Source: Ignavibacteriota bacterium
GTDB lineage: Bacteria > Bacteroidota > Ignavibacteria > UBA10030
Direction of reading: 5' to 3'
Assembly (NCBI GenBank): GCA_963701295.1
Contig: OY969585.1
Span: 2,432,001-2,496,000 of the forward strand
DNA: 64,000 nt
The notes beneath the pieces are model-generated. The model ran no database searches. It saw nothing but the letters and a program-made list of their open reading frames with translations, and was not told the origin of the DNA. Positions 21,961-32,711 of the stretch are shown here, piece after piece. Positions within the stretch are counted from its first letter, which is position 1; each line of letters begins with the position of its first letter. A program made the translations under genes and the position numbers.

Positions 21961-24150
21961 ATGACAACACAAAAAAAATTAACAGGTCATTTCACGCTTC
22001 CTGCCCAGAAAGGAATGGACAAGGAAGTGAAGATGCTATGCGAAAAATGGGGAGTCGATGCGGTTCGCGACAGCGATGGGACCACGCTCTCGCCGGAGAT
22101 ACTCGGCATAGGACCAGATGTTTACTCCACCATCTGTCTTATAAGAGCTGACCAGGCATGGGCGAAATCCCATCCCGGTCAATGCCAACAGAAATTCCTT
22201 ATGTCGTTTCATGTTACATGTAATACTGACGGCGAACTGAGGATTAAAATTCAAAAGGGATACAGCAAGGAACAGTTCAGGATAGATACGGAACATGCTC
22301 CTGAAAAATACTGGGAAGTAATCGACCGTACCGCGAATAAAGTTGTAAATGTTCGAGATTGGCGGTATCTGGAAAGCGGCGAAGTTCTGATAAAGAATCC
22401 CATCAAGTGGCATGTTTACACTGTCAATTTTCTCGTATACCAGATCTGGGAATCGACCTCGATGTACAATTATATCACGAATAATTGGACAGGCGAGCAT
22501 CAGATGGGAGTCGATCCACGCCAGCCCCAGACGGGAGAACATTTGTTGGAATATCTTGACAAATGGCTTGAGACGCATCCCGATACGGATTATGTCCGCT
22601 TCACATCAATGATGTATCAATTCCCTCTGATAAAAAACGAGAAGAGAGAGAATGTCTACCAGGACTGGAGCGGGTATTTGGATCCGATGAGTGCTCTCGC
22701 ATTGGATGAGTTTGAAAAGCAAAAAGGGTACCGCCTGCGAAGCGAAGATATAGTCGATGAAGGTTATTTCAATGCGTCGTACAGGATTCCCAAGAAACAG
22801 TTCCTGGATTGGATGGGCTTTGTTCAGGAATTTGTACGTGCCTACACTAAAAAGTGTGTCGAGAAAGTTCACGGAGCCGATAAGAAAGCAATACTTTTTT
22901 TTTGTGACCATTGGATCGGAACAGAACCTTATCTGGATGGATTTGAAAAGCTTGGTTTCGATGGAATCATCGGGCCTTGTTTAAGCGGTGTAGAACTAAG
23001 AAGGATCTCTGACGTTCCTGGAAATATAATCAAAGAGGTCAGGCTGTATCCATATTTTTTTGAAGTGAATCTTCAGGATGAGCCGGTTTTCAAAGGCAAT
23101 GGCGACCCTGTCGAAGAATGCAAGAAGTGGTGGAAAAGTATCCGAAGAGCTTTACTTAGGCGCTGTGTCGATAGGATCGGGTTCGGCGGCTATCTCGATC
23201 TCGCTGTCAAATATCCTGATTTCTTGAATTATGTCGAGGAATTAGCCGACGAATTTAGAACCGTTCTTGACAGAACGAAAAAGACAATTCCTTGTAACGT
23301 TGCAAAGAAAGTGGCATTGTTAGATTGTTGGGGCAGGATGCGTTCGTGGATGCATAATGATAATTGGCCGCAGGGACATATTCCCGAGTTCTTAAGCGGT
23401 TTCCCTGCAGAGATTGAATTCATAAGTTTCGATGATATACATAAGAAGGGTATCAGTGAAGATATTGGGACCATCATCAATTGGGGCAGCGTCGGAAGTT
23501 CATGGAGCGGCGGCAAAAACTGGGCCGACCCGGAGGTCGTTGAGAAGATACGCGCCTGGGTTGATAACAGAGGCGGATTTATTGGTGTCGAGGATCCGAC
23601 AGCGTACGAATATCAGGGGCGATTTTTCCAGCTTGCAGATGTTCTTGGTGTGGAGAAGGAGATCGGCAATAGGCTTTCGTGGGCAAAAAATATTCGTCCC
23701 GATGTGAATCGCAAACATTTCATACTGGAAGATGCGGTGGATAAAATAGATCTCGGTACTATCAGATCATCTGTTCATTTGAATAGTGAGAGTGCTGAAT
23801 TATTGGCCGGCACTCCGAATGCTGTGCAATTATCAACGAACAAATTCGGTAGGGGCAGGTCTGTTTATTTTGCAAATTATTTACACAACGCTCAGAACAT
23901 GCGGATATTATACCGCGCCATCCTATGGGCATCCGGACAGGAAGATGGATTAAGAAAATGGTTTAGTACCGATATCAATACTGAATGTGCCTGCTATCCT
24001 GAAGTCGGACAGTTCGTTGTCATGAATAATTCCGAGCAGGATCGGAACACGACTGTTTACAATGCGGACGGAAGATCGGCAAATATCTTCTTGAAGCCGC
24101 TGGAAATGAAATGGTTCACATTGGATGAGTTCAATCGAATCTGTCAATGA
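21961..24150 (+). CDS. gnpA: GH112 beta-galactoside phosphorylase
   Basis: GHFTLP, WGVDAVRDSDGT, DHWIGTEP (catalytic Asp), PYFF, DRIGFGGYL; acceptor specificity uncertain. Confidence 0.88.
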   Translation: MTTQKKLTGHFTLPAQKGMDKEVKMLCEKWGVDAVRDSDGTTLSPEILGIGPDVYSTICLIRADQAWAKSHPGQCQQKFLMSFHVTCNTDGELRIKIQKGYSKEQFRIDTEHAPEKYWEVIDRTANKVVNVRDWRYLESGEVLIKNPIKWHVYTVNFLVYQIWESTSMYNYITNNWTGEHQMGVDPRQPQTGEHLLEYLDKWLETHPDTDYVRFTSMMYQFPLIKNEKRENVYQDWSGYLDPMSALALDEFEKQKGYRLRSEDIVDEGYFNASYRIPKKQFLDWMGFVQEFVRAYTKKCVEKVHGADKKAILFFCDHWIGTEPYLDGFEKLGFDGIIGPCLSGVELRRISDVPGNIIKEVRLYPYFFEVNLQDEPVFKGNGDPVEECKKWWKSIRRALLRRCVDRIGFGGYLDLAVKYPDFLNYVEELADEFRTVLDRTKKTIPCNVAKKVALLDCWGRMRSWMHNDNWPQGHIPEFLSGFPAEIEFISFDDIHKKGISEDIGTIINWGSVGSSWSGGKNWADPEVVEKIRAWVDNRGGFIGVEDPTAYEYQGRFFQLADVLGVEKEIGNRLSWAKNIRPDVNRKHFILEDAVDKIDLGTIRSSVHLNSESAELLAGTPNAVQLSTNKFGRGRSVYFANYLHNAQNMRILYRAILWASGQEDGLRKWFSTDINTECACYPEVGQFVVMNNSEQDRNTTVYNADGRSANIFLKPLEMKWFTLDEFNRICQ

Positions 24151-24166
24151 TTGTTGAAATGAAAAT

Positions 24167-26242
24167 ATGAATAATGATCGCAAAATAATATTTGGCGGAG
24201 ATTATTTCCCGGAACAATGGTCTGAGGAAATATGGAAAGAGGACATTCACCTCATGAAGCAAGCGAATGTCAACATGGTCAGTATTGGTATCTTCGCGTG
24301 GGCGCTGCTGCAGCCTGATGAGAACACATTTACATTCGGCTGGCTTGATAAGATCATGGATCTGCTGGCGGAAAATGGTATCGATGTCTGTTTGGGGACG
24401 TCAACGGCAGCCCAGCCTAACTGGCTGACGCAAAAATATGATGATATTCTCTTCATGAGGGAAACAGGAGAGCGGGTCGCTTGCGGCTCGAGGCAAACCT
24501 ATTGCATCAATAGTCCTAGTTATAGAAAAGCAGTTAGAAGACTTGCCAAAGAAATGGCGCTTCATTACAAAGGACACAGAGCATTGAAGCTGTGGCATAT
24601 CAATAATGAATATGCAAACAAGAACAGCATGTGTTTCTGTAAGAACTGCGAAAAATGTTTTCAGAAATGGCTGAAGGAAAAATATAAGACATTGACCGAT
24701 CTAAATGAATGTTGGGGTACAGTCTTCTGGAGCGAAAAATATTCTGATTGGAAGGAGATCAATACTCCGCGTGCAAGCGCCGGCGGCCGTAACGCAACGA
24801 AGCTGCTGGACTATAAACGATTCTTGAGCGAGAGTTTCTTCACACTGTACAAGGAAGAATACGATGTGATTCGAACAATCACACCGGATATTCCTGTCAC
24901 AACAAATTTTGAAGGTGACTGGAGCAAATTTAACCACTTCCATTTCAGGGATCATCTGGATGTTGCTTCACTGAATTTTTACCCGAATCCCGGTGATCCG
25001 AATTCCTATAAATGGGCTGCTCTCAGACATTCGATGATGCGTTCTCTGCTGGGCAAACCATTCATGGTGATGGAACAGGCTCCTTCACAGGTTGACTGGT
25101 ATCCTGTGAACATAGCCAAACCTCCCGGACTGATGCGTCTTTGGAGTTATCAGGCTTTGGCTCACGGATCTGATTCGGTGATGTTCTTTCAATGGAGAGC
25201 TTCTAAAAAAGGGGCAGAGAAGTACCACAGCGGCATGGTTCCTCACTATGGCGAGAACTCCCGTGTGTTCAAAGAGATTAGCGCTTTAGGTAATGAATTG
25301 AAGAAAGTTGAGGATATAGCTGGTTCTAAAGTGAATTCAGAAGTTGCTGTTCTTTTAGATAACGATTCCTGGTGGTCTATAGATAGCCCGTATGGCCGCG
25401 GTACAAAATCATTGGATAATGAAGTCTTCTGGTCGGCCAACGGCCAACCTTTTCCCACGGTCTTGGTAAGTTATTTTGGCGAACTGGAATATTATTTCAA
25501 TGCCTTTCACGACTTGAATGTTCCCGTAGATGTAATCGGTATCGATTACGATCTTTCAAAATACAAGATAGTCGTTGCACCGCTTTTGCATATGATCAAA
25601 CCCGGATTGAAAGAAGCCGTGCAGGACTTTGTCAAAAAAGGCGGCATATTCATCACAACTTATTTCTCGGGGGTCATCGATGAATTCGTCGGTGTTTTTT
25701 TAGATGGTTATCTTGGTCCATTAAAGGACGTGCTGGGAGTGAAAGTTGAAGAATATAATCCTCTGCCTCCCGGTGGTATAAATGGGATGATGATGACAGA
25801 AACTACCGAAGGCTTCCGTAAAGAATACGGCTGTTCTATTTGGTGTGATGTTGCTTATACGACAACCGCTAGAACACTCGCTGCTTTCACCGATGGCTAT
25901 TATTCAGGAGCGCCATCCCTTACAGAAAATAAATTCGGAGATGGAAAAGCATACTACGTGGCTACAAGGCCAGACAAAGATTTCATGCGTGACTTTTTAT
26001 CCAAGATCCTGAGCGAGCAGCATATCAAAGTGTCACTGCTGCCTGAAGAAGTTGAATTGGTGGTTCGTTCACAAAATGGCGAGGATTATAATTTTTATCT
26101 GAATCATGGAGAGACTGAAAAACAAGTTAAGCTGCCCGAAGGAAAGTATGAGGATCTGCTTACCGGTGCGGTATATGAAAGCATTTTGCATCTAGCTAAA
26201 TATGGGGTTTACATTCTAAGGACAAAGGAAAGAAAGTCGTAA
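24167..26242 (+). CDS. GH42 beta-galactosidase
   Basis: FGGDYFPEQW, WHINNEY, MVMEQ, FFQWR..GAEKYH. Confidence 0.95.
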   Translation: MNNDRKIIFGGDYFPEQWSEEIWKEDIHLMKQANVNMVSIGIFAWALLQPDENTFTFGWLDKIMDLLAENGIDVCLGTSTAAQPNWLTQKYDDILFMRETGERVACGSRQTYCINSPSYRKAVRRLAKEMALHYKGHRALKLWHINNEYANKNSMCFCKNCEKCFQKWLKEKYKTLTDLNECWGTVFWSEKYSDWKEINTPRASAGGRNATKLLDYKRFLSESFFTLYKEEYDVIRTITPDIPVTTNFEGDWSKFNHFHFRDHLDVASLNFYPNPGDPNSYKWAALRHSMMRSLLGKPFMVMEQAPSQVDWYPVNIAKPPGLMRLWSYQALAHGSDSVMFFQWRASKKGAEKYHSGMVPHYGENSRVFKEISALGNELKKVEDIAGSKVNSEVAVLLDNDSWWSIDSPYGRGTKSLDNEVFWSANGQPFPTVLVSYFGELEYYFNAFHDLNVPVDVIGIDYDLSKYKIVVAPLLHMIKPGLKEAVQDFVKKGGIFITTYFSGVIDEFVGVFLDGYLGPLKDVLGVKVEEYNPLPPGGINGMMMTETTEGFRKEYGCSIWCDVAYTTTARTLAAFTDGYYSGAPSLTENKFGDGKAYYVATRPDKDFMRDFLSKILSEQHIKVSLLPEEVELVVRSQNGEDYNFYLNHGETEKQVKLPEGKYEDLLTGAVYESILHLAKYGVYILRTKERKS

Positions 26243-27711
26243 TGGAAAAGTCAAAACTTAAATCTGAAGATAAAGTGCATTTTCGGGAAAAGATAGCGCT
26301 GGGTGTAGGTGGATTCAGCAATATGTTCGGTTATATCGGTATTAATACAGTTGCCAGAACTGCATATGTCATGATACTTGGATTAAACGCAGCATGGGTT
26401 GGTATAGCACTGACAATTCCTAGATTTTTAGATGCATTTATTGATCCTCTTATGGGTAAAATTTCTGACAATTTTCATTCTCGATGGGGACGGCGCCGAC
26501 CATTTATTGTTGTCGGAGCAATATTAATGGGAATCACTTTCGGTTTTATATGGATGGTCCCTGATGCATGGAGCCCTACATTGAAGATCATCTATTTTAT
26601 ACTTATGCAGATTCTCTTTTATACCTTTTATTCTGTTTTTGCTGTGCCATTTAAAGCTTTAACATACGAAATGACACCCGATTATAACGAGCGTAATCGT
26701 GTCATGGCATATGTTGCTTTTTTTCATAAGGCAGCAGAATTTTTATACGAATGGATCATCCCTCTGGCTGCAGTTATCAGCTCGGCGTATTTTGCATCAA
26801 AACTGCCCCCAGGTAGTAAAGTGGAAATGACAGGCGTCATTATAGTGGCATGGTTGGTTGGAATTATTATCATGAGTGGAATAGGCATGCTTCCGGGTCT
26901 GTTTGTACGAGAACGTTTTGCAAAAAAAATCGAACGTCAGGAAAAAGTAAAACTGTTCACAACCGCCCGAGAAGCATTCCAGAGCCGGCCATTCCAGATA
27001 CTGATCAGCATTATTATATTAAATACTCTGGCAGGTATTCTGGCTTCAAACATAGATCATTTTGTCATGGTCTATTATATGGCAAACGGCGATATTGCAC
27101 TTGGCAGCATATGGAAGGGCTTACTCTCATCGGGTTATGCTATCACCGGATTTGCATTTATTCCACTTATCACATGGATCGCAAATAAATTTGGTAAAAA
27201 ACAAGCCCTCTATATTGTTTACTCATTAAATGTTTTTGGCGGTATTATGAAATGGTTCATTTTTCAACCTGGCCACAATTTATATTATATCGGCACAGTT
27301 GCAATTGATCCGATTATTCTGATCGATCCACTTCTTTGTGGACCGATGTGGGTCGCTGTGAAGATCCTGCTTGAATCCATGATGGCAGATATATGCGATG
27401 AAGATGAATTGCGATACGGACAACGCCGTGAAGGTGTGTTCGGTGCGGTATTCTCATGGCTGGAGAAATCGGCATTATCACTTGCTTCTTTGGGCGTCGG
27501 CTTGACCATTTGGCTTGCCGGTTTTAGGAGTGAACTTGGCGGTGCTCAGGATCCCAATACATTCCTAATTATGCGCCTGTTCTTATCTGGTGCCACATCG
27601 ATCACAGCATTATTTGCAATTATTGCTTTAAAATTCTATCCTATTACTGCTGAACGTGCTCATGAAACACGCCGTAAGCTTGAAGAAAGAAGAGGTAATG
27701 TTACGGTCTGA
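26242..27711 (+). CDS. MFS GPH-family sugar:cation symporter
   Basis: DAFIDPLMGKISD..SRWGRRRPF, MADICD, RREG; about 12 TM. Confidence 0.92.
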   Translation: MEKSKLKSEDKVHFREKIALGVGGFSNMFGYIGINTVARTAYVMILGLNAAWVGIALTIPRFLDAFIDPLMGKISDNFHSRWGRRRPFIVVGAILMGITFGFIWMVPDAWSPTLKIIYFILMQILFYTFYSVFAVPFKALTYEMTPDYNERNRVMAYVAFFHKAAEFLYEWIIPLAAVISSAYFASKLPPGSKVEMTGVIIVAWLVGIIIMSGIGMLPGLFVRERFAKKIERQEKVKLFTTAREAFQSRPFQILISIIILNTLAGILASNIDHFVMVYYMANGDIALGSIWKGLLSSGYAITGFAFIPLITWIANKFGKKQALYIVYSLNVFGGIMKWFIFQPGHNLYYIGTVAIDPIILIDPLLCGPMWVAVKILLESMMADICDEDELRYGQRREGVFGAVFSWLEKSALSLASLGVGLTIWLAGFRSELGGAQDPNTFLIMRLFLSGATSITALFAIIALKFYPITAERAHETRRKLEERRGNVTV

Positions 27712-27770
27712 ATTGAGCGTTAGGGGAATCTCAATTTGATCATATCTAAGCAAAATAGTAAACTGTGAGC

Positions 27771-29417
27771 ATGATGAAATTCATACGCCTGATTCCCTCC
27801 GGAACTGCGCAGCGCAGCATATTGCATTATAGCATATCGCTTATTTTCGTGTGTGCTGCATATGATTCTCTGCTCAGTGCGAGCCAGATAAAAGATGACA
27901 ACCCTGCCACTGTAAGTGAATTTCAGGATTCCGTGATCGTCAACAGCGGATTTGAGTCGGATGCGCCGACGATTTTCCCTTATGGATGGATCACAGCTGC
28001 GGATCTAAATAATTCTGATGCGAGCCGCACTGTGGAGGGCGGATATTCCGGCAAATATGCGTTAGAACACAGAAAAGGGACAGCGTACAAAGTCACTACA
28101 TCGCAGACACTGACAGGTCTGTCGGATGGTTATTATTCTCTCTGGGCTTGGGTCAGAAATAGCGGAGGTCAAAACTTTTGTTTCCTTGCAATGCAGGCGG
28201 ACGGAGATATTCAAAGGATGACAAGCCTTCCGGTTGCGGATGAGTGGACGCATGTTGTTGTAAGGGGCGCCACTGTCAAAAATGGAAGATGCACGATTAG
28301 TCTGTCATCGGATGCGAATGCCGAAAATTGGTGTCAGGTAGATGATCTGCAGCTTGTAAGGGACAGTAAACCGTATACATTTTTAAAAGGCGGGGATATC
28401 TCTGAACTGAGCTATATAGAATCGATGGGAGGGAAATTTTTCGACAACGGTAAGGAAAAGGATTGTCTGCAGATACTCAAGGACCATGGATTCAATATAG
28501 TGCGCCTGAGGCTTTATAATGATCCGGGCAATCCAAATTTCAGTCCGTCTAAACGTCTTCCTGCAGGTTTTCAAAATCCGGCGGATATACTGGCCATGTC
28601 AAAGCGCGCGAAAGCCATAGGTTTCCAGATCGTTCTTACTTTTTATTACAGTGATTACTGGTCGAATGGGAAACCTCATGAGTGGGATTCATTGAGTTTC
28701 AACGATATTAAAACCGCTGTGTACGATTTCACATTCAATATCATGAACCAGATGCAGGCACAGGGAACGGTACCTGAATTTGTCTCGTTGGGGAATGAGA
28801 TCGCAGGCGGAATTCTCCTTCCGTCCGGACTATCGAGCGACTTCGGATCGATGAGCGATCTTCTTAAGGAGGGATATAAAGCTGTGAAAGCTGTATCTCC
28901 TTCCACAAAAATAATACTCCATCTTGATGACGGCGGCAATTCTGATAAGTACAGTTGGTTTTTCGGCCAATGCCGGGAACACGGTTTGCAGTTTGATATA
29001 ATTGGCGCTTCCTATTATCCCTTCTGGACTAAAAGGACCATTTCACAAATTCGCGATTGGGCGAACTATGTAAGCGCTAAATTTGACAAGGATATCATGA
29101 TCATGGAAACCGGGTACAATTGGAACCCGACAATCCTTGACGGAAAAATAGGACAACTCAACAATAACGGCCCATATGATTCTGTCTATCAGAGTTCGCC
29201 TGCCGGACAAAGGGATTTTCTCTATGATTGTTTCAACAGCTTGAAGACTGTGAATAATGGAAGTGTCATCGGGGTCTTATACTGGGACCCGGTGATGATT
29301 GCAGTGCCTGGCGTTGGATGGGAATTAGGCGGTCCCAATGCTGTCTCAAATTCTACATTGTTCGATTTCAATGGCAACGCACTTCCCGCACTGAAAGCGT
29401 TTCAGTATAATAACTGA
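27771..29417 (+). CDS. GH53 endo-1,4-beta-galactanase with N-terminal carbohydrate-binding module
   Basis: NSGFE CBM-like domain, then GGDIS, VRLRL, YSDYW, GNEI, SYYPFW, ETGY, FDFNGNALP. Confidence 0.92.
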   Translation: MMKFIRLIPSGTAQRSILHYSISLIFVCAAYDSLLSASQIKDDNPATVSEFQDSVIVNSGFESDAPTIFPYGWITAADLNNSDASRTVEGGYSGKYALEHRKGTAYKVTTSQTLTGLSDGYYSLWAWVRNSGGQNFCFLAMQADGDIQRMTSLPVADEWTHVVVRGATVKNGRCTISLSSDANAENWCQVDDLQLVRDSKPYTFLKGGDISELSYIESMGGKFFDNGKEKDCLQILKDHGFNIVRLRLYNDPGNPNFSPSKRLPAGFQNPADILAMSKRAKAIGFQIVLTFYYSDYWSNGKPHEWDSLSFNDIKTAVYDFTFNIMNQMQAQGTVPEFVSLGNEIAGGILLPSGLSSDFGSMSDLLKEGYKAVKAVSPSTKIILHLDDGGNSDKYSWFFGQCREHGLQFDIIGASYYPFWTKRTISQIRDWANYVSAKFDKDIMIMETGYNWNPTILDGKIGQLNNNGPYDSVYQSSPAGQRDFLYDCFNSLKTVNNGSVIGVLYWDPVMIAVPGVGWELGGPNAVSNSTLFDFNGNALPALKAFQYNN

Positions 29418-29557
29418 CAGCCTGATAAGTCCAGAGCTTTTTATTGACAATGCCTGCTTATTTTGCAGTCTGCAGAAGAAAAAGGATCCATACAAGTGCT
29501 CGCTGAATCGAAGACGTTACCCAGCGGTGATGTTGTGTTATTCTAAAGATAAGAAGA

Positions 29558-30642
29558 ATGGATAATGATATGAAAGTATTTCATAAAACTTCACCTCATG
29601 TAATTCTAAATCAACTAGGTATTACTGTTTTCCTTTTTTTAATGCTATGTATTGAGTCGAGAGCACAGAATTATGCGGTAGGGGCAGATCTATCTTTTAT
29701 GAAACAAGCGGAAGATAATGGATTTACTTTTAAAGAAAATGGACACATAGAACCTTGTCTCCAGATATTCAAAGATCATGGATATAATTGGATACGCTTG
29801 CGATTGTTTCATACACCGAAAGAATTACCGAACACTCTTGAGTATACCATTGCAGCAGCCAAACAGGCGAAAGCTCTTGGTTTTAGGTTCTTGCTCGATT
29901 ATCATTATTCCGATACTTGGGCGGATCCGAAAAAGCAGTTTATTCCAAAAGCCTGGGAAGGAAAATCTCATGCTGAATTGGTCAAAGCAGTATTTGAATA
30001 TACACAAGCTACGATGATTGCATTTCGCGACTCTGGAGCGTTTCCGGATATGGTAGAGGTTGGGAATGAAATTATCAATGGAATGCTCTGGCCGGATGGG
30101 AAACTGCCGGAGAATTGGAATAATTTTGCAGAATTGGTACAAGCAGGTATTAACGGAGTATATGCAAGCTGCGGAAACAATCCCTGCCCTAAAATAATGA
30201 TTCATATTGATCAGGGTGCGAATAAAAATGCTACAAAATATTTTTTTGATAAACTTAAATCTTATGGAATACAATACGACGTAATCGGACAATCCTATTA
30301 TCCGTGGTGGCATGGCAGTTTGCTCGACTTACGGGAATGTTTAGGCTTTACTGCAAACGAATATAAGAAAGACATAATTGTTGTAGAGACTGCGTATAAC
30401 TGGACACCCAAAGAATACATTAATAAAAACGCTCCATTTCCGGAATCTCCCAAAGGTCAAAAAGAATTTTGGGAGGAAGTTAATAGAATCGTTTTGGGTG
30501 TGCCAGATAACAGGGGCGCTGGCGTCTTCTGGTGGGAACCTGCTGTATTGCGCGGAGGTACCAGGTACCTAGAAGTTTTTTTGATGAGAAGGGAAATGTA
30601 TTACCTGTGATTAATGTGTTTGACAGGTTTATAAGAAAGTAG
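29558..30642 (+). CDS. GH53 endo-1,4-beta-galactanase with frameshift near the C-terminus
   Basis: GADLS, HYSDTWADP, GNEI, SYYPWW, ETAY, WWEP; the conserved FFDEKGNVLP tail is in another frame (30571-30642). Confidence 0.88.
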
Positions 30643-30728
30643 AATTCGAAAAAGACAAAACAATAAATAAGTTTATTTATCCGTTAACAAAAAACAGTTC
30701 TTAAGTTATAGGTTTAAGGAGAGACTTC

Positions 30729-32042
30729 ATGAAACAATCCAAAGTATTGTTTCTGATAAAACATTTACCGGTATCAATTCTCTTTCTTTTATTTCTAGTT
30801 CAACACCAGGAGGTACATTCACAATTTGCAAATGGCGCGGATATCGGTTGGCTATCGCAGATGGAGTCGGCCGGATATGTTTTTTACAACGATTCCGGAA
30901 TCCAAAAGAACTGCATGGAGATATTAAAAGAGAAAGGAATGAATGCACTCCGATTCAGAGTGTGGGTAAATCCAACCGGCGGCTATTGCAATAGGAAAGA
31001 CGTGGCATATATGGCTCATCGTGCAGACAGCATGGGATTCAGTGTGATGATAGATTTTCACTGCAGCGATACCTGGGCTGATCCGTCACATCAAGCTAAA
31101 CCGGCGGCATGGCTAAATGACACGTATCCCCAATTGCTCACAGATCTTTACAACCATATTTACGGCGTGTTGGATACACTCAAATCACTCGGCGTAGTTC
31201 CTAAATGGGTGCAGATCGGGAATGAAACTAACGACGGCATGTTATGGGAAGATGGAAGAGCATCGACACATATGAATAATTTTGCTGCAATGATCAAAAT
31301 CGGTTACGAAGCCGCTAAGGCTGTTGACAGCTCAATCCAGGTAATTGTTCATCTGTCAAACGGAAATGACAATGCGATGTTTAGACAGATGTTCGATGGC
31401 CTGAAAAGCAACGGCGCCAAGTGGGATATCATTGGAATGTCGGTGTATCCCTATTGGGCTAATTTGCCGTGGAATACTGATGATAGTTTGGCACTCATAA
31501 ACATGAAGGATATGATTGCCAGGTATCAAACGAAAGTCATGGTTTGTGAAACAGGCTATCTGTATAACCAGGCAATCACTGCGAATCATTTTCTTCTCGA
31601 CCTGATAGAGAGAACAAAATCAGTAGATGGATTGGGTGTTTTTTATTGGGAACCCGAATGTTATAGCTGGCAGAATTATCAACTCGGTGCATGGGATCCT
31701 CTAACAAAACGACCTACGGTTGCTTTAAATGCTTTTGTAGGTATAAGTACTACTTCGGTAAAACAAGAAAAGAATATTCTTATTTATGATCTCAATATTT
31801 ATCCTAATCCGTTTAATCCAACAACTACAATCGAGTTCACACTTGCTGAAGACAGCCATGTCTTATTAAAGGTGTACGATGTGTTGGGTCGAGAAGTGGC
31901 AATCTTGATACATCAAGACTTGAAAGCAGGTGAACCGCACAGTTCTGTCTTCAATGCTTCGCGACTTGCTTCTGGTATATACTTCTGCTGCCTGGAAACT
32001 GGGAAGAGTTCTTTGGTGAAGAAGCTGATGCTGTTGAAATAA
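30729..32042 (+). CDS. GH53 galactanase with T9SS C-terminal domain
   Basis: GADIG, RFRVWVNP, SDTWADP, QIGNE, YWEPE, YPNPFNP tail. Confidence 0.92.
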   Translation: MKQSKVLFLIKHLPVSILFLLFLVQHQEVHSQFANGADIGWLSQMESAGYVFYNDSGIQKNCMEILKEKGMNALRFRVWVNPTGGYCNRKDVAYMAHRADSMGFSVMIDFHCSDTWADPSHQAKPAAWLNDTYPQLLTDLYNHIYGVLDTLKSLGVVPKWVQIGNETNDGMLWEDGRASTHMNNFAAMIKIGYEAAKAVDSSIQVIVHLSNGNDNAMFRQMFDGLKSNGAKWDIIGMSVYPYWANLPWNTDDSLALINMKDMIARYQTKVMVCETGYLYNQAITANHFLLDLIERTKSVDGLGVFYWEPECYSWQNYQLGAWDPLTKRPTVALNAFVGISTTSVKQEKNILIYDLNIYPNPFNPTTTIEFTLAEDSHVLLKVYDVLGREVAILIHQDLKAGEPHSSVFNASRLASGIYFCCLETGKSSLVKKLMLLK

Positions 32043-32146
32043 ATCGAAGATCTCTCTGCAAAAAAAGTGTCTTAGTCGTTCCTGTTTATTTAGAGCCAAG
32101 GTTTTGCAGAAATTTGAGTTCTTGGGTTCGCAGCGGGGTGATGAAG

Positions 32147-32200
32147 AAAAAGAGGTCGTAACTTTTCAGAATCGGCCTTTCGTGTGCTGGGGCAGGAACT
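32147..32200 (+). repeat. Direct repeat, right boundary of galactan locus
   Basis: Second copy of the 9175-9228 repeat. Confidence 0.8.
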
Positions 32201-32488
32201 TACCGCTACTCACAACTTTTCATATAATCTTCGAAATGCCCATAAATCATACTCTCCCTTAATCATTGGTTAATGCCTTAGTTGGTTCATAATTACCCCA
32301 AAAGATAAGTGCTTTCCAAAGCCTTCTTTGTACAGATGATTTATGGATTTGCCCCTCTTAAAAGCGATTCAGAGCTTGATAGTGAAAAATAAATTGACAC
32401 ATAATTGACATATACTTCAGGAAAGTACGTAAGACTCTATAGGGTCAACATGGGTTCAATGTACTACTCTATCACAAAGCGAACCTAC

Positions 32489-32557
32489 TCATATTTGAAC
32501 AGCGAGAAGTGTTCTGATGGAATAACAGATATAATCTAATAATTTTTGTTCCGTCAT
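32489..32557 (-). pseudogene. intI: Integron integrase N-terminal stump
   Basis: MTEQKLLDYICYSIRTLLAVQI*, containing the KLLD and YSIRT motifs of IntI N-termini, with AGGGA RBS, divergent from attI. Confidence 0.6.
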
Positions 32558-32566
32558 ATTATTCCC

Positions 32567-32595
32567 TTGCGTTTTATTGGTGCAAACGATAAATT
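32567..32595 (+). promoter_or_regulatory. Candidate cassette promoter Pc
   Basis: TTGCGT-N17-TAAATT facing the array. Confidence 0.5.
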
Positions 32596-32711
32596 AAAAG
32601 CGTGTGCACATAAGATACAACGTCAAAGTATCTGAAGAAAGAGGGGAATTGTTGGGAGATATCGAAAATCTAAACACCTATAGTGCCAGAGCCCCTTTCA
32701 TAGTTACCAAA

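Noticed and set aside
32581-32594. TGCAAACG half-site linking the LacI regulator to Pc
   Set aside because: Only one half matches the operator; likely chance.
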